Part shown: piece by piece, positions 14,106 to 26,900 of the stretch
How the letters are laid out: every line of letters begins with the position of its first letter
How positions within the stretch are numbered: position 1 is the stretch's first letter
DNA from: Balanoglossus misakiensis
Taxonomy: Eukaryota > Animalia > Hemichordata
Reading direction: 5' to 3'
Assembly: GCA_040954595.2 (NCBI GenBank)
Contig: CM082576.2
Location: 13,209,129-13,273,128 of the forward strand
Length of the DNA stretch: 64,000 bases
The notes under the pieces: model-generated
Databases searched by the model: none
Seen by the model: only the letters and a program-made list of their open reading frames with translations
What the model was told of the DNA's origin: nothing
Made by a program: the position numbers and the translations under genes

Positions 14106-16110
14106 ATACAACCATTTGTATAAAACTTGCACAATATGCCAATATACCGATTTGTCGAAAATTCTGATTCATGTACTGGTGCACAGTCTGTTTGGAACGA
14201 CTATGACTATAGAGTTGAACAACTCACCTGCTCAAATCTTTATGGCATATTCATGATGCCAGTTGACTTCCACCTCACATATGCTATGTCTGCTGTGATG
14301 ACCATGCGTATAAATTTGACAAAGGAATTAACACATCACTCAGACTTTGTACAGAATAAAATACTTTTAGAGCATATGATACCCGCTCCTATAGCATGTT
14401 TACACCCCATTGCATGTGTATACATATTCATTGTGTAATAAAATTCCTATCCCATTGGAAATAGTAGGCCTACCAGCCATCAATTTATTGTTCTGTGTGC
14501 GCACAAAAAGCTATTCTCACGTATGCATTCTGTCAACCTATCTAGTTGTTATCTTATGGATTGGAAGTATTGGCTGTACCTTACCTATATGACGCATTAT
14601 TGGTTTATAAAACATGAACATGATTACATCGCCCATTCCACGGTTGTAGCGGCGCGCGTGTAAATGTTTCCTGCCGTTGGAGGCGCTCATTTGCGACGCC
14701 CTTTAAACTTTAAATCACACAAAGGCATAAATTATCATTTCGCGGGGTTCCAGATACAGAAGTTGATCAAGCGTTCGGATTGACATTCAAGCGAATCCAC
14801 ATGACAGATGCAGACTTTCGTCGTTTTGCTGGAAACGCAGTCCCTATAGTTGCTGCAGTTTTGTAGCCCCACGACTCTCCTTGACGATTGTTGTTTTGGA
14901 TGGGGATCGTCAAGGAGAGTGGTGGGGGGCTACAAAACTGCAGCCAATTATAATAATTATGCAAGCCTGCAGTGTTCCGGTTAGAATCGTAAGACACGGT
15001 TACTACTTCTTCTAGTAACCGTGCGTAAGAGAAAGGCAGAAGAAGAAAAACAAGGCTGTGAAGACAGCAAAACTTATACAGATTCTATAACATTAATGTT
15101 TATCAACTTTCTCTGAATAAATCCCCCGTGGTGAAATAAAAGAAACGTGAAAGTGAGAGCCAAATAAACTTCACGCCGTGCATCCGAATCCCATTCTTAT
15201 TCCCAATTTGAATCTGAATTCACTCGAAAGATAGCGTCGTGTATGTCCGATTTGATTGCAGCGAGGGCCGGGAGCCACAAGGTTGGTAAGTGACGTTTGC
15301 AGACCGATATTTGTGAATTATCAGTCATGTTTGATGAAAGGTTCTGTGCATGAGGTAGGACAAAGCAACACGCCGTGTGTGATTGTGCATAAAATCATGC
15401 AAGCTGTCTCGATCGGCTTGGCCGGGTACGCTGCTAACTCTTCTCGTTCGAAGCGTACGTGTGAGTAATCCCATTTCGAAGGCTGGATTGATTATTCAGC
15501 AGCGTATACACATGGATACTGTCGATGAATGGAATCGTGCCCTCAGTGTAGTCGCATTTTACCATGCATTTACCAAGCGTTTGAACGTGACCACGTGTAG
15601 ATGTGATAGCTGCCGGAATAAAACACCCGGTTACTTGTCGATTTCATGTCAAACAGTACAGCTGTGGCTGACAGTAGATTTGCATGAAATATACACACAT
15701 CGAGATGTCAGACATCTGCGTGTTGTGCTGGGAGCTGTTTTCTTGGGGGGGGGGGGGGGGACGTGCTTGTCGTTTGTAAATTTCCCGGAAATTTCCAGCC
15801 TTTCCATTTCTTGTAATTACATGTATATTGTCAGAAAGTTGGTGTAGCATGCGAGAAAATGATTAATTTTGTTTGTTTATATGAGGACAGTGGTCCAGCA
15901 CTGCACTGGTGACAGAGACCCTTCGTTCACACTGAGTCACTGTTATATACGCAGGGAAATTACGGTCTGCATTACAATGTAGAGCTACAAACGTGTAGCT
16001 GAGATCAATGTTTGCCGTAAGATGACGTCACAAAATTGTTCGGTAACTCTATAAATTGATAATTCCAAATGATCATCAATTATGCAAATTGTGCCTTGCA
16101 GAGATCAGTG

Positions 16111-19100
16111 ATGGAAGCGGTTGATGATGAAGCATATACTCCGTTTGCATTCAACAGAGCCATGAGAAGAGATGTCAGGACATGTCTGACAAGGTATTTA
16201 AAGGGACAAAGTCTCTCTCTCTCGCTGCCCATTTTCCATCGATACAAGACACTGTTTATGTTATTCTACATGTGGATACATAGTGACTCAACGTTCGACC
16301 TCGCACAACTTTCATCCCACTTGTAGACACGAGAGTGAAAAAATCGCCAAAATGAATAATCACTTCTGCTAATCCAGGAGCTAGTGGCTAAAATCAGGAA
16401 TAAAGTGCTCACATTCTTGGAATCTTTTTTTTGCAGCATTATAATAAAGTTACTCTTCGAACACAACCCAGAGGGTCTTGTCACAACCTCACATGCTTAC
16501 TCATCATTCAAGGCCACCATAGATCATGTCTTCCCGACGGTTGGAGAAATGAACCCTGCTAAATTTGGAGGCAAGCTTAAGTTCTGTTTCCCGGATGTCA
16601 GACGGTGCCGTAGAACAAGTCAGAACGTGTATCCTTTCGAAGCAGTGCAGATGTTGTTGTCGCTTCTGCACCAAAATTAAGCTTCCAGATCCTTAGGTTT
16701 AAAGGGACGAAGTCTCTGTCTTGCTGCCCTTTCCCATTAATTATGTTTGATACGAGACACTGTATTGTTTGGGGAGGGGGGGGGGGCACATTTTATATGA
16801 CAGACCAACATTTCTGAAAGCTCTCTGGGAAAACAATGAGCTTAAATGCAACAGACAACATTTGTGTAAGTGAAAATGTGTCGTTGGAATTTTTCTTGAC
16901 CAGTCTTTTGCAGATGGCACTACATAAACGTCAGCATGAAGCCAAAGGATGTACTTATGGAGGACAGTATTCCCACACTGGGCAAAATTCAACAGCTGTT
17001 TGCAGACTGTAACTGCAATGGTTCTCTGTTTATAGTCAAGCATGTGGTATTTTTGAGGGTAAGTGTGATTTATTATTCATTGGAGTATTGTTCAAAGTCT
17101 TAATTAGAAAAAGTATCAATACTGAGGCCCTGAAAAGTCACCTATGGATGGTCTAGACTGGCATGATCAATTTAGAGATAACAATTTATACAGAACTGTT
17201 TCTATACAACCGAGACTGACAAAATTTATACTGGATGTTATCAACTAAACTGATGACAAAATCAACGGTCGGTATATTCCTTCTGTGCAGCTTAATCTGT
17301 TTTCATTGTAGGAGATAATGGATGTTTTCTTTTCAATGTTTATTTTAGGATCTGTTATGCAGAATGAGGGACTCGAACACCACAGACAAGGAGTCGGCTG
17401 AGGAGTCCAAACTCAGAAGAGTGATCGACGGCCAGCGCGACTATCAAGAGGCCTTTTCATTTCCTTTCTCTGGGTCAAGCAGTGGAGCTGCAGACGTCAT
17501 CGAAATCAGCGACAGTGAGACCGATTCACAGGACGAGGTGGATGTGGAGAGTGCGGCCACGACGTGGTGTGTGGAAGACGGCGTTTTAATGCAGAAAATT
17601 GCGAAGGACACTTCTGGTGGAGCGAACGACTCATCACATCATAACTGGAATCAGGTCTCTGGTAAAGAAGCTGGTGGTGGTCCTACCGATGGACAAAGGA
17701 ATGAGGTTGCCGGGGAACGATGGAACGCCCCTCCCAGTCAGCAGTGGAATCAGATTCCGGGTGGTGAAGTCAGCACAGCTCCCGGCAAGAACGGGCATTC
17801 TATTCTGTCGACCGTAGTCGATAGTGTCATCAGTCAGAGATTGAATAGGCTTCCCAGTGGTGTTGTACCGACTGCTCTGTCCGCCGGAAACTTCAACGGT
17901 CTCAGTGCGACGCAAGCGAGTGCCCCTCCTCCTCCAGGCAGTGCCCGGCCGCAGACTCTCATCTGGAATCAAATCCCTGAGACCGGATATGTGCCTGGGT
18001 CTGCTCCAGTCAGCAGTCAATTCGACCGTGGCGCCCCAACTATCGGGGACTTGGTGTTGCCAACGCCACCACCACCACCATTTCCTCGACCTGAGCAACC
18101 CGGTGTCGTTCTTGGAACCAGCGGTAACCATCCGAGACAGAACTGGCCGTCAAATATGTCGGCTCCGGCTGCAAGCTCCGGGCAGAGCGCTGCTGGTACG
18201 CAAAGTTTTCTGCTGAGTATTTCTCCAGACCAGAGGAAGGTTTCAATGGTGAGGCTTGACCAGGCCCTGGGTATGGATGGAAACGGTCAGCTGGGGACTG
18301 TCAATCGGTCAGGGTTTCACAACAGTAGTGGCAGAGACAGTGGCGTTGGCACAGACTCTGGTAAGTCCTCATCACGTTTCATAGCTTATTGCCGAATGCA
18401 TTAGCCTTGAGCTCTGCTACAGCTGCACGAGGGCGCTTTTATTGGCATGTGTTAGTCTGCGTCATTCTTACATGTAGTCTTTACTATCAATCATGTGATC
18501 TGACCATGTGACCAACAGCGTTGTCATTTCCTGATGATGGGCAAGCAATATTAGGCATCCAGTAAAAGTTTTTTTCGAGTATGTTTTTACTTTGGAACCG
18601 CCAAACATGTAACATGTATCAGGTATGGTGCCTTATCAGCCTCATGGCGTTTCTTCTGCACTGTCTTTGTCTGCACCATGTAAGTCCACGTTGCTGAAGT
18701 TGCCCGTCATCTGGAAATTTGAATGCCAACGTAACTGCGCCTGAGCGCATCTGACGTTATCTGATATCGAAGAATTGTGATAGTATCACTTACCTTGGTG
18801 TGGTGGACACGTGCATACAAAACGTACCAAAATCCGAATCATGCATGCTTCATGAACATTTTCTCCTTTGTCTTGTCAGCATATAGCACCCCGGAGCCCA
18901 AGCGGAAGACCGAGACGAAAAGTCAATGGAAAGAGAAGAAGGCAAAGAAGCACAAAGGAAAACATCAAAGTAAAAAAGACAAGAAACAACGCAAAAGCCA
19001 GAAAAAGAAGCGTATGGAAGAGCAGCAAAATGACAATGAACACATCCCGGAGAGTGTTATTTGTTTGAACAAGGCAAAATTCAAACAAACTAAATGCAAA

Positions 19101-20162
19101 CACTGCTTTGCGAAATTCCCGTCCAAAATGACGCTGCAGATGCATATGCAAGTCGTCCACCCGAAGCACATCCTGAAACAGAGCAGGCCATTCCCGGGCT
19201 CCAGGAAGTTGTTCGTCCCCAGGATTGCAGAAAATGCACCGGTCTACGAGTGCGCTGTGTGCCAGCGGTCCTTTGGTGGCAGCTCAGGCTACAGAAGCCA
19301 CATGCGTATATCCCACGCCAAATGCCACCAATACGTTTGCCAGCAGTGCAACCGCCTGGCTTTCGTCCGGAAGTACGATTTCCTGGTGCACAGGAAACGA
19401 GTGCACGCCAGGAGGCCAATCAGGAAAGCAAAGGAGGGGACGAGAGCAGACGACGGGAGCGGCAACATCACCAGCGACGGAGAACTGTGCAGCGATGGGG
19501 ATGCGACCTCCAGCGGGGAAGATTTTGAAGGCGACCGCTCCGGGTGGAGGCCCTGTGTGAAAAGGGCAAAGGTCGTGCACCGAAGGAGAAAGATATCGCA
19601 TGGAAGTGAGACCACGACAGACACTTCAGATGAGGAGAGTTCGCGCGAGAGTCTGTTGAGGAAAGGGACTTACGCAGATGGTCTCGTGAAACCGTTCAGT
19701 CTGCCGGAGTCCTGCCTGAACTTGAGCATCGACCAACTCTACCCAGCGGTGTCCCTGACGAAAATGCCACTCATTGCAAAAAAGGTGGTCAGGGCTCAAG
19801 ATGGAGGCAACACCAAGCAGGGCGTGGGCAGCTGTCAGGCTGCTGGTGTTCCTAGCAACGCCCCAGCTGTACCGGCAGGTGACCATCAAGAAGGAGACAC
19901 CGGCAGCTGCACCTCGGATGACGACGAGGCTCCCTGCTCGTTTCAACCCCGAATCAAGCGTGAGGCAGGGGTGGACGCATATCAGGGCTTGTACCAGTGT
20001 CCCTATTGCGACATCATTTTCCCCGATACGACCATGTATCTGACCCACCGCAACTTCCATAGCTACGATAATCCCTTCAAATGCCGCATCTGTCAGGTCA
20101 TGTGTGCGGACAGATACAGCTTCCAGAAGCATAGGTGTGAAATTCCTGAGTACAATGTTTAA
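16111..20162 (+). CDS. Putative transcription factor: RFX-like winged helix, 3 C2H2 fingers and an Ikaros/Hunchback-type C-terminal finger pair; ~904 aa, 5 coding exons
   Basis: Exons 16111-16193, 16437-16628, 16914-17058, 17349-18360, 18880-20162 splice in frame. The start codon is tentative because an upstream exon may end near 15285. Motifs: MNPAKFGGKLKFCFPDVRRCRRTSQNVWHYINVSMKP; CKHC..H..H, CAVC..H..H, CQQC..H..H; YQCPYCDIIFPDTTMYLTHRNFHSYDNPFKCRICQVMCADRYSFQKH. Confidence 0.8.
16629..16913 (+). other. U12-type (minor spliceosome) GT-AG intron
   Basis: 5' site GTATCCTTT; branch-site-like TTTTCTTGAC (16891-16900) 13 nt before the 3' end; the splice restores the reading frame (V-WHY). Confidence 0.8.
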
Positions 20163-23100
20163 AAGCGTAGCAAACTCTAGCAAACATTATGGTCAGGTAA
20201 AATTGTATCTGTTTTATGGGTTATACTAATTTTCCTTCTACCTATTTTTTTCTCTCTCAGTCTCAGACTTGAATCATAAGGAAATGTAAGTTTGTGCGCG
20301 TCGCCCGTCTGTATTGGATCAGTTGTAGTATATACATCAAGTGGTGACGTGTGATTGTCAACTGTTGACTGTTTGTGGGTTGACTCACTGCTTTTAAACA
20401 TAAATTCTTAATCTTGAATAACATGTTCCATACCTGTGCCCCTTTAGGCGGAATCCTCCTTTCATTAAACCATTTATACTCTAATATTCTATTCACACAA
20501 GCTATACATCTGAAATATTGAATTCTTCTCATCTACTGAAATAAATACATCAGTACTGGTATTTCACACATAAATATTTAACTTATTTCCTGATACAATG
20601 ATAATACTATTTTATATGCTATATTGCTTGTAGACACAGAAAAGCTTAACAGTTCTTTGGAGGTTTATGAATTTTGTCCTCCATTTCCTGAAAATTCCAT
20701 AGGAAAACGATCACCTACAGAACTGTAGAGAACATATTTTGGAACAGTATTATTGATATTTGCTGTGTTATTGAGCTGAACCAATCTGTTGTTATAGCAA
20801 CAGTCATTTTTGTGGTAATGTCTTGTAAATATGGGCAAAACTTGGTCAGTTCCGAACCGCAAAGACTTAGAAAAAAATTTGGGTTTTCAAATCTCTATTA
20901 TTTTTGCCAGGTTGGGTAACTTTTTTTGTTTGTTACAACTAACTCAGGGCTTGTCTGAGGCTATCAGGTGTATGATCAGAATATTTCAAAAAACTCAAAA
21001 TTATTGTACCTTTATCCCAATACTAAAATGAGCACTTTTTTCTTCAAATCCTATTCATAATATCCAAACAAAAGTACTTTTGTGTATAATATCTCTGCAC
21101 AAACTCAGGACTTGTGTGAAACTATGGGCTTCAATAATAATAATAATAATAATATTGATAATATTTATTTCTTATACTCACATTACATTTTAAAAAGATC
21201 TAACCGTGCTTAACACAACATTAAAAATAAATGAATAAAATAGTTGGATAAATGCTTGAAATGGCAGGATGTAAATTGAGACTGTTGGTCGATCCAGGGA
21301 TAAAACAACCTAAAATGGTATGTTTCCATAAGTGTGTGTGCGCCAGAAATTTTTCATGCAAACCTGATCAAACTGTTGCGGTCACAGAATTAGCAATTAC
21401 TGAATGCAATAATTGCTGTAATTTTTTAAGTTATTCTATGGCAGGTTAATTTATTTGTCTCTGTGTGTGCAAACTCAGGACTTGTTTTCACATTGAGTGT
21501 ACATGTACATCCATTTTATTTCAAGCATCTTTACTTAACGCAGTTTAATTCATTGTTTGTGTTGAGTTTACAATGTAGTCTTAGAAACAGTTTGAAATAA
21601 TGGATAGTTTTCCTATTTTGTTTCTCGGAATTGTGACGTTCTGTATGTATATTGGTGGTTTTCAGGAAGTTCGAACCACACTTACAGAAAGTTTTAACCA
21701 TACAGAAATTTTAATCGTGCATTTTGTGTTTTGTGAAGTTACCCACAAATGAATACCAATGCAGCATTTGGACGGCAGAGTTGATACCATTATGAAAGTT
21801 TCTCATACACAGTTTTGAAGCAGTTTAATTAGACAGACATGCAAACGTAAACACCACTCAGGATTGCACATCATGTTCTATCAGCAAGAAACAAAACAGG
21901 ATGGTAGCAATTACTGTAGTAATTAGTTTTAAGAAATCTTGCTTATGAATTTTATTATTCAGAGAAACCATTTTTCACAAACACTTAACAATGGCCATGG
22001 AGGCCATTTAACTACTTAAATAGTCTACGCTGGATCAAAATTTAACCAATATGTTCCGTCTACAGTATTGTATCAGCTCTTTGTAATTATTACAATATTC
22101 CTGTTATTGAAATAGTATGTTTTATGAGTGAAGACTGAATAGGGAAACTAACCACTGAATTGTGTGCTTTCAGATTGAGTTCTGAATGAAGTTTTTAAAG
22201 ACACGTAGTTTTACGCAAGAGAACTTGACATGTGAAGGTACATTCTAACATTTAGAGTTTGATTTTGTGCCATCAATGCAAAGTTAAAAACGGAAAACTA
22301 AACATTCACCTTAACATTAAAGAGACAAGCACCGGTGTATATTTTGAGGGTGCAATGTGGTTGCAAGATTACCCAGTAGTATTGTTTTCCTAATTCATTC
22401 TTGCCCAAACTTTAAATGTATTTTTTTGCACAAAGTGGGTGGGGTATTTACATTTTACATTGATGAATTTTATATCACTTTAATATACATGTCTGTCTTT
22501 GGTATATTTATATGACAGAATATTTTATAGTAGAAAAGATGATTATTTAATAATTTTTATACATTTTAATACTTAGTACTCAGCAAAGTAGTGATTGACA
22601 GAATTTGAAGTATGGCTTGTGTGCTAAAGTGTGCAGCGGCAAAGTTTAGTCTCCTTTTATGGGACTGTGCATCATGCGTGTAGGCTTTTAACGTTCACAC
22701 AACTTCATGTACTTATCTTATCCTGAGGTACTGGAGGGACCAGACTAGTGGATTTCTACTGTGATTTTTATGTACTGCACAGTGTGCTTGTAGGATCAAT
22801 GTTTTAACTCAGATGTAAACTTGCCGTGATGGCATCATTTCTTGTGAACTTAAATAGTCAGCCAGTCATTTTTAATGAAAAAGGTAATTTCAACTTTGTA
22901 GTGAGGAAAATGGGGGGGGGGGGGGAATCCTTGTTATCAGATACATGTACTATTACGATGGTGTAGAAGAACAGTAATTTATGTAGTCTTGTCATTTTGA
23001 AGATTTTCCTGTATGTAATGTTTATGTCAAATTGTAGATTGGTTGTGCAACATGTCATTTTCAGTGGATTGCTTGAACAAAAGACAAAACACGAGAGCTG

Positions 23101-23771
23101 AATTTATTTCCCTTTTTGAAAATTATAAATACTGCCTTCTGTTCCGGGTTCAGACTGGGATATACAATATATATATATTTTGCAACTTGTGGATAAGTCA
23201 CTGTTCCCATCAGGTGTTTACAAAGAGACACATTGGTCTAATAGAGACAAATGAAATGTATTGATATTTCAATCTCTGTAGAAATTATTTTCCATGCCTG
23301 AGTCGAGAGCAAGACATATTGGTGCTAGTAGAAAGATGTTCCTTTGCAATTAGTCGACAAATTACTTTGCAAAAAAAAAATATTTTTTTTTTAGTTTTGA
23401 CTAGCAAATGACCAGTACATATATGTGCATTTATGTAGATTATGCTTAGACTGTTGCTGTAATAAAAGTGTCATGTTTCACGACTGAATTTACTGTATGT
23501 AAATACTCTGTGCATTGACAGCATTTTGGCAAATGTTCTGAACCCCCCCCCCCCCCTGCTATTTATGAATGCAGCCTCAGCCCTGCCATACAGCATCCAT
23601 ATCTCAGTGAGAAAGGTGGTGGACCATACAAGGAAGATAGAAGAATCTGACTTGGTCACTTTCATGACCCCTTTGTGACCTTTTCATTATGGCATTTCGT
23701 TGGTATGGGTTTACCATTTTGAGTTTGAACTCTGAATAGTCTACCTCATCCCAGAACATCTCCAGTCTCCC

Positions 23772-23832
23772 TAGTCTGGTTCCCTGCCCCAATCCCACCG
23801 CTGGCTGCGCTACGGGGCAGGGAACCAGACTA
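23772..23832. mobile_element. 61-bp TAG...CTA hairpin mini-transposon with 9-bp TSD, ~107 bp upstream of the BCKDHA ATG
   Basis: CAGTCTCCC|TAGTCTGGTTCCCTGCCCC...GGGGCAGGGAACCAGACTA|CAGTCTCCC. Confidence 0.8.
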
Positions 23833-23939
23833 CAGTCTCCCCCCCCCCCCCCCAATATCAAATGGGTTACCCCTAATCGTGGCTTAATACCATCGTAGAC
23901 GGCGCTGTTTACATGTAAATACTGCGCAGTGCAAGAAAG

Positions 23940-26900
23940 ATGGCGGCTATCAGGGGCATAGCTGGTGTGAGCAGAGTCCTCGGGTCGTCTTCCAGAGCCT
24001 ATTTCGCAAGAACAAAACCAGTGCGAACGATTTCTTGCACGGTAACGTACCAGTTATTTCTGTATTCTTCAAACTGATTTTTGCAATCTGATATCCAAAT
24101 CAATTCTGTTTTCTTTTGCACATGGAATCGCGAACGTGATCGATTTGATCATACGGCCTGTGGCATACATGTACCACATGTAAATGTGCTAAAATTGGGT
24201 CAGTAATATTCAGTGACTGTGTGCTACGCAAAATAGAAATTTAAAATGTCAGTATTGGAAATGAGGAAACAGCCCTTCCCAGCGTCCTTCCATACAGATA
24301 TTTCACTGAGGGTGTGTTCTTTTTCAAAACAAACCATGATTGAAACTATGGATCATAAAAGTGAAATGACTACATACGTCATGTACGTGTCTGGGACATT
24401 GATGGATTGTCTGTCTCAAAGCACTCTTATCAGGTTCTTTCCACTTTCGACGTTGGTAGCATAGGCATGCGTCTCTTGTGTACACTATAGCCCAGATGAC
24501 CTAAAGCACCACCATCAGTTTTCAATTGATTTACTACATTGCCATACTGTAGTAATCATTCAGAAGCACAGAGCCAAACAGACAATGTATAATCAGACCC
24601 GCAATTAAATGAAAACAATTTTTCTTTCCAAATTCCAGGCCAGACGCTTGCAGCAATATGCCGAGGAAGACAAGGCCCATTTCCCGGGTGCCAAGACAGG
24701 CTACACAACCAAACTCGAGATCCTGAGGCCAGACGTTTATGACGGCATTCCCACATACAGAGTCTTGGACAGGAAAGGGGAGGTCATCGACCCCGACCAT
24801 GATCCGAAACTTGACAAAGATTTTGTGATCCGGATGTACAAAGCTATGACCACATTGAACACCATGGATAAAATATTATACGAATCACAGCGTCAGGTAT
24901 GCAAATTACTGTGATAAGAAATACGCCCTTTCAAATCGAGTGTTTTCTTACAACGAGTGTGCTCCCTATAATTACTGGAAAGTAGAGATAATATGTTTAG
25001 TAATGCAGTTGGATACATTTTGCTGCCATTATTTACACAAGAGTGTATCTACAAACTATCTACAAACCACATCAAAAATCTTTTTCCTGTGTACAACAAA
25101 ATACTACAGGATTTCTGGCCGAAATTATTTGATATCAGACAATTGTTATAAGCTTTAAAAGTGTGTCGCTGACTTTTAGTTTCCATTCAGTGTGTTTTAT
25201 TCATGAGAGTGCGGTGTCCATGATGCTACTGGCAGACATTTTCATGATTCAATATCTACCAGTATATCTGAGTAGATTAACCCTTTGCAGCCTGACCCCT
25301 GTTGACCTGTGACATCATTCAGTAGCTGGATCAAAAAGGGTTAAATTTTATTCAAAAACTTCAAGAAGACGATAACTCTAAAAATAGCAATATGAAACAT
25401 TACAAGTTGTAATAGATAAATAATAACAAATTTTCGGTGTGGATATCAATCAGAAATAGATTGCAGCGCTTTCCCAGGATAAGCTAAACATTTACTTTTG
25501 AAATTTTTTTTACATAACCCTCATGATACATGTAATCATGACAAAGAAATCTCAACATCTTAGTATCAAAACTTCAGGTTTTTCAGCAATATTACAACTT
25601 GAGGGGTTTCTACCAAAATGTGATTCCTATATTCTTTTACATGTAGTATTTCATAATATTACAACTTACAAGCCTCCTGTCAATCAAGAAAAAGGGTGAA
25701 AAACAGACAACAGCCTTTTGTATATAAGCCGCTGTCATTTCAAATCCGCCTATAAACTATTCCTAATCCTTTGTAAAATTTTTGGAAATGCCTTCTTAGC
25801 GTGGCATCATAGATACATGTAAACTACCGGTAGTTCCATCACCTCGAGCAATGTTTACATGTATGTTGCCGTGGCTACCTTTTGTACCAGTTCTGCATGA
25901 CATATCCAATTGTTCTCAAGAGGAACCCCATGACTCTAGCTTCACCTGTTCATTTACATTACAAACATGTTCCCCTTACGTGTCCTGCTGTAAAATGGAG
26001 TGTATTTTTCTAGTGAAGCAACAGCCTTTGCAATGACGTCGTGTGAACGGCAATATAAATAAAAGCCTTTTTTGTCTGACAGGGCCGCATTTCATTTTAT
26101 ATGACAAATTTTGGGGAGGAAGGCACCCATGTTGGAAGTGCTGCTGCCTTGGATCCGAGGGATTTGGTGTGGGGACAGTACAGAGAAGCTGGTAAGTCTG
26201 TGTGTGTGTCTGTCGGTCTTTGGCTGTGTTTTGGGAGAAGGTGTTGTGTAAATGCAAGTTATATTTCTACAGTACAACTCTATGAAGAACAGGTGCTTGA
26301 TGTATTTTCGAGGGTAGCTTGGTTGCATCGTTCCCGTACATTATACCAATATTGTATTCTTTCTGATTTTTTTGAGCTGTGGAACTCTACACAAGGATGT
26401 TGACATGAGATAAATATTAAATTTAGTGACTTGTCTGTTGTATTGCAGGCGTCCTCATGTGGAGGGGCTTTTCGCTTGAAAATTTCATGAACCAGTGCTA
26501 CGGCAACGATTTAGATTTAGGGAAAGGTCGCCAAATGCCCGTCCACTACGGAAGCCGGGATCTGAACTTTGTCACCATTTCATCAACTCTTGCTACACAG
26601 ATGCCACAAGGTGAGAAATGTCGGCTGAATCCTTTGAAATTACAGATTTAAAAAATGAAATAGAATTTATTTATAAACAGGGTACAATCAACTGACTTGT
26701 GCTTGTGCAGTTTTAGCCTTTTTAATTCCAGAAAAAAAATATTTTGCTGATGTAAATATGCTGACTCATCAGTCATTAGGGCTCCACAGTGGTTGTGGTT
26801 GTCGAGAGGGAAAATATCAATACTTTTGTGACATACCATAAAATAAATTATAAAGTAATGACTGAGATTTTTCGTGTTCTCATAACTTCAGCTGTTGGCA

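Noticed and set aside
20163-23470. Short ORFs and a thrice-recurring aactcagg(a/g)cttgt motif downstream of the RFX/ZF gene
   Set aside because: Probably 3' UTR or decayed repeat; no boundaries, TSD or coding signal could be defined.
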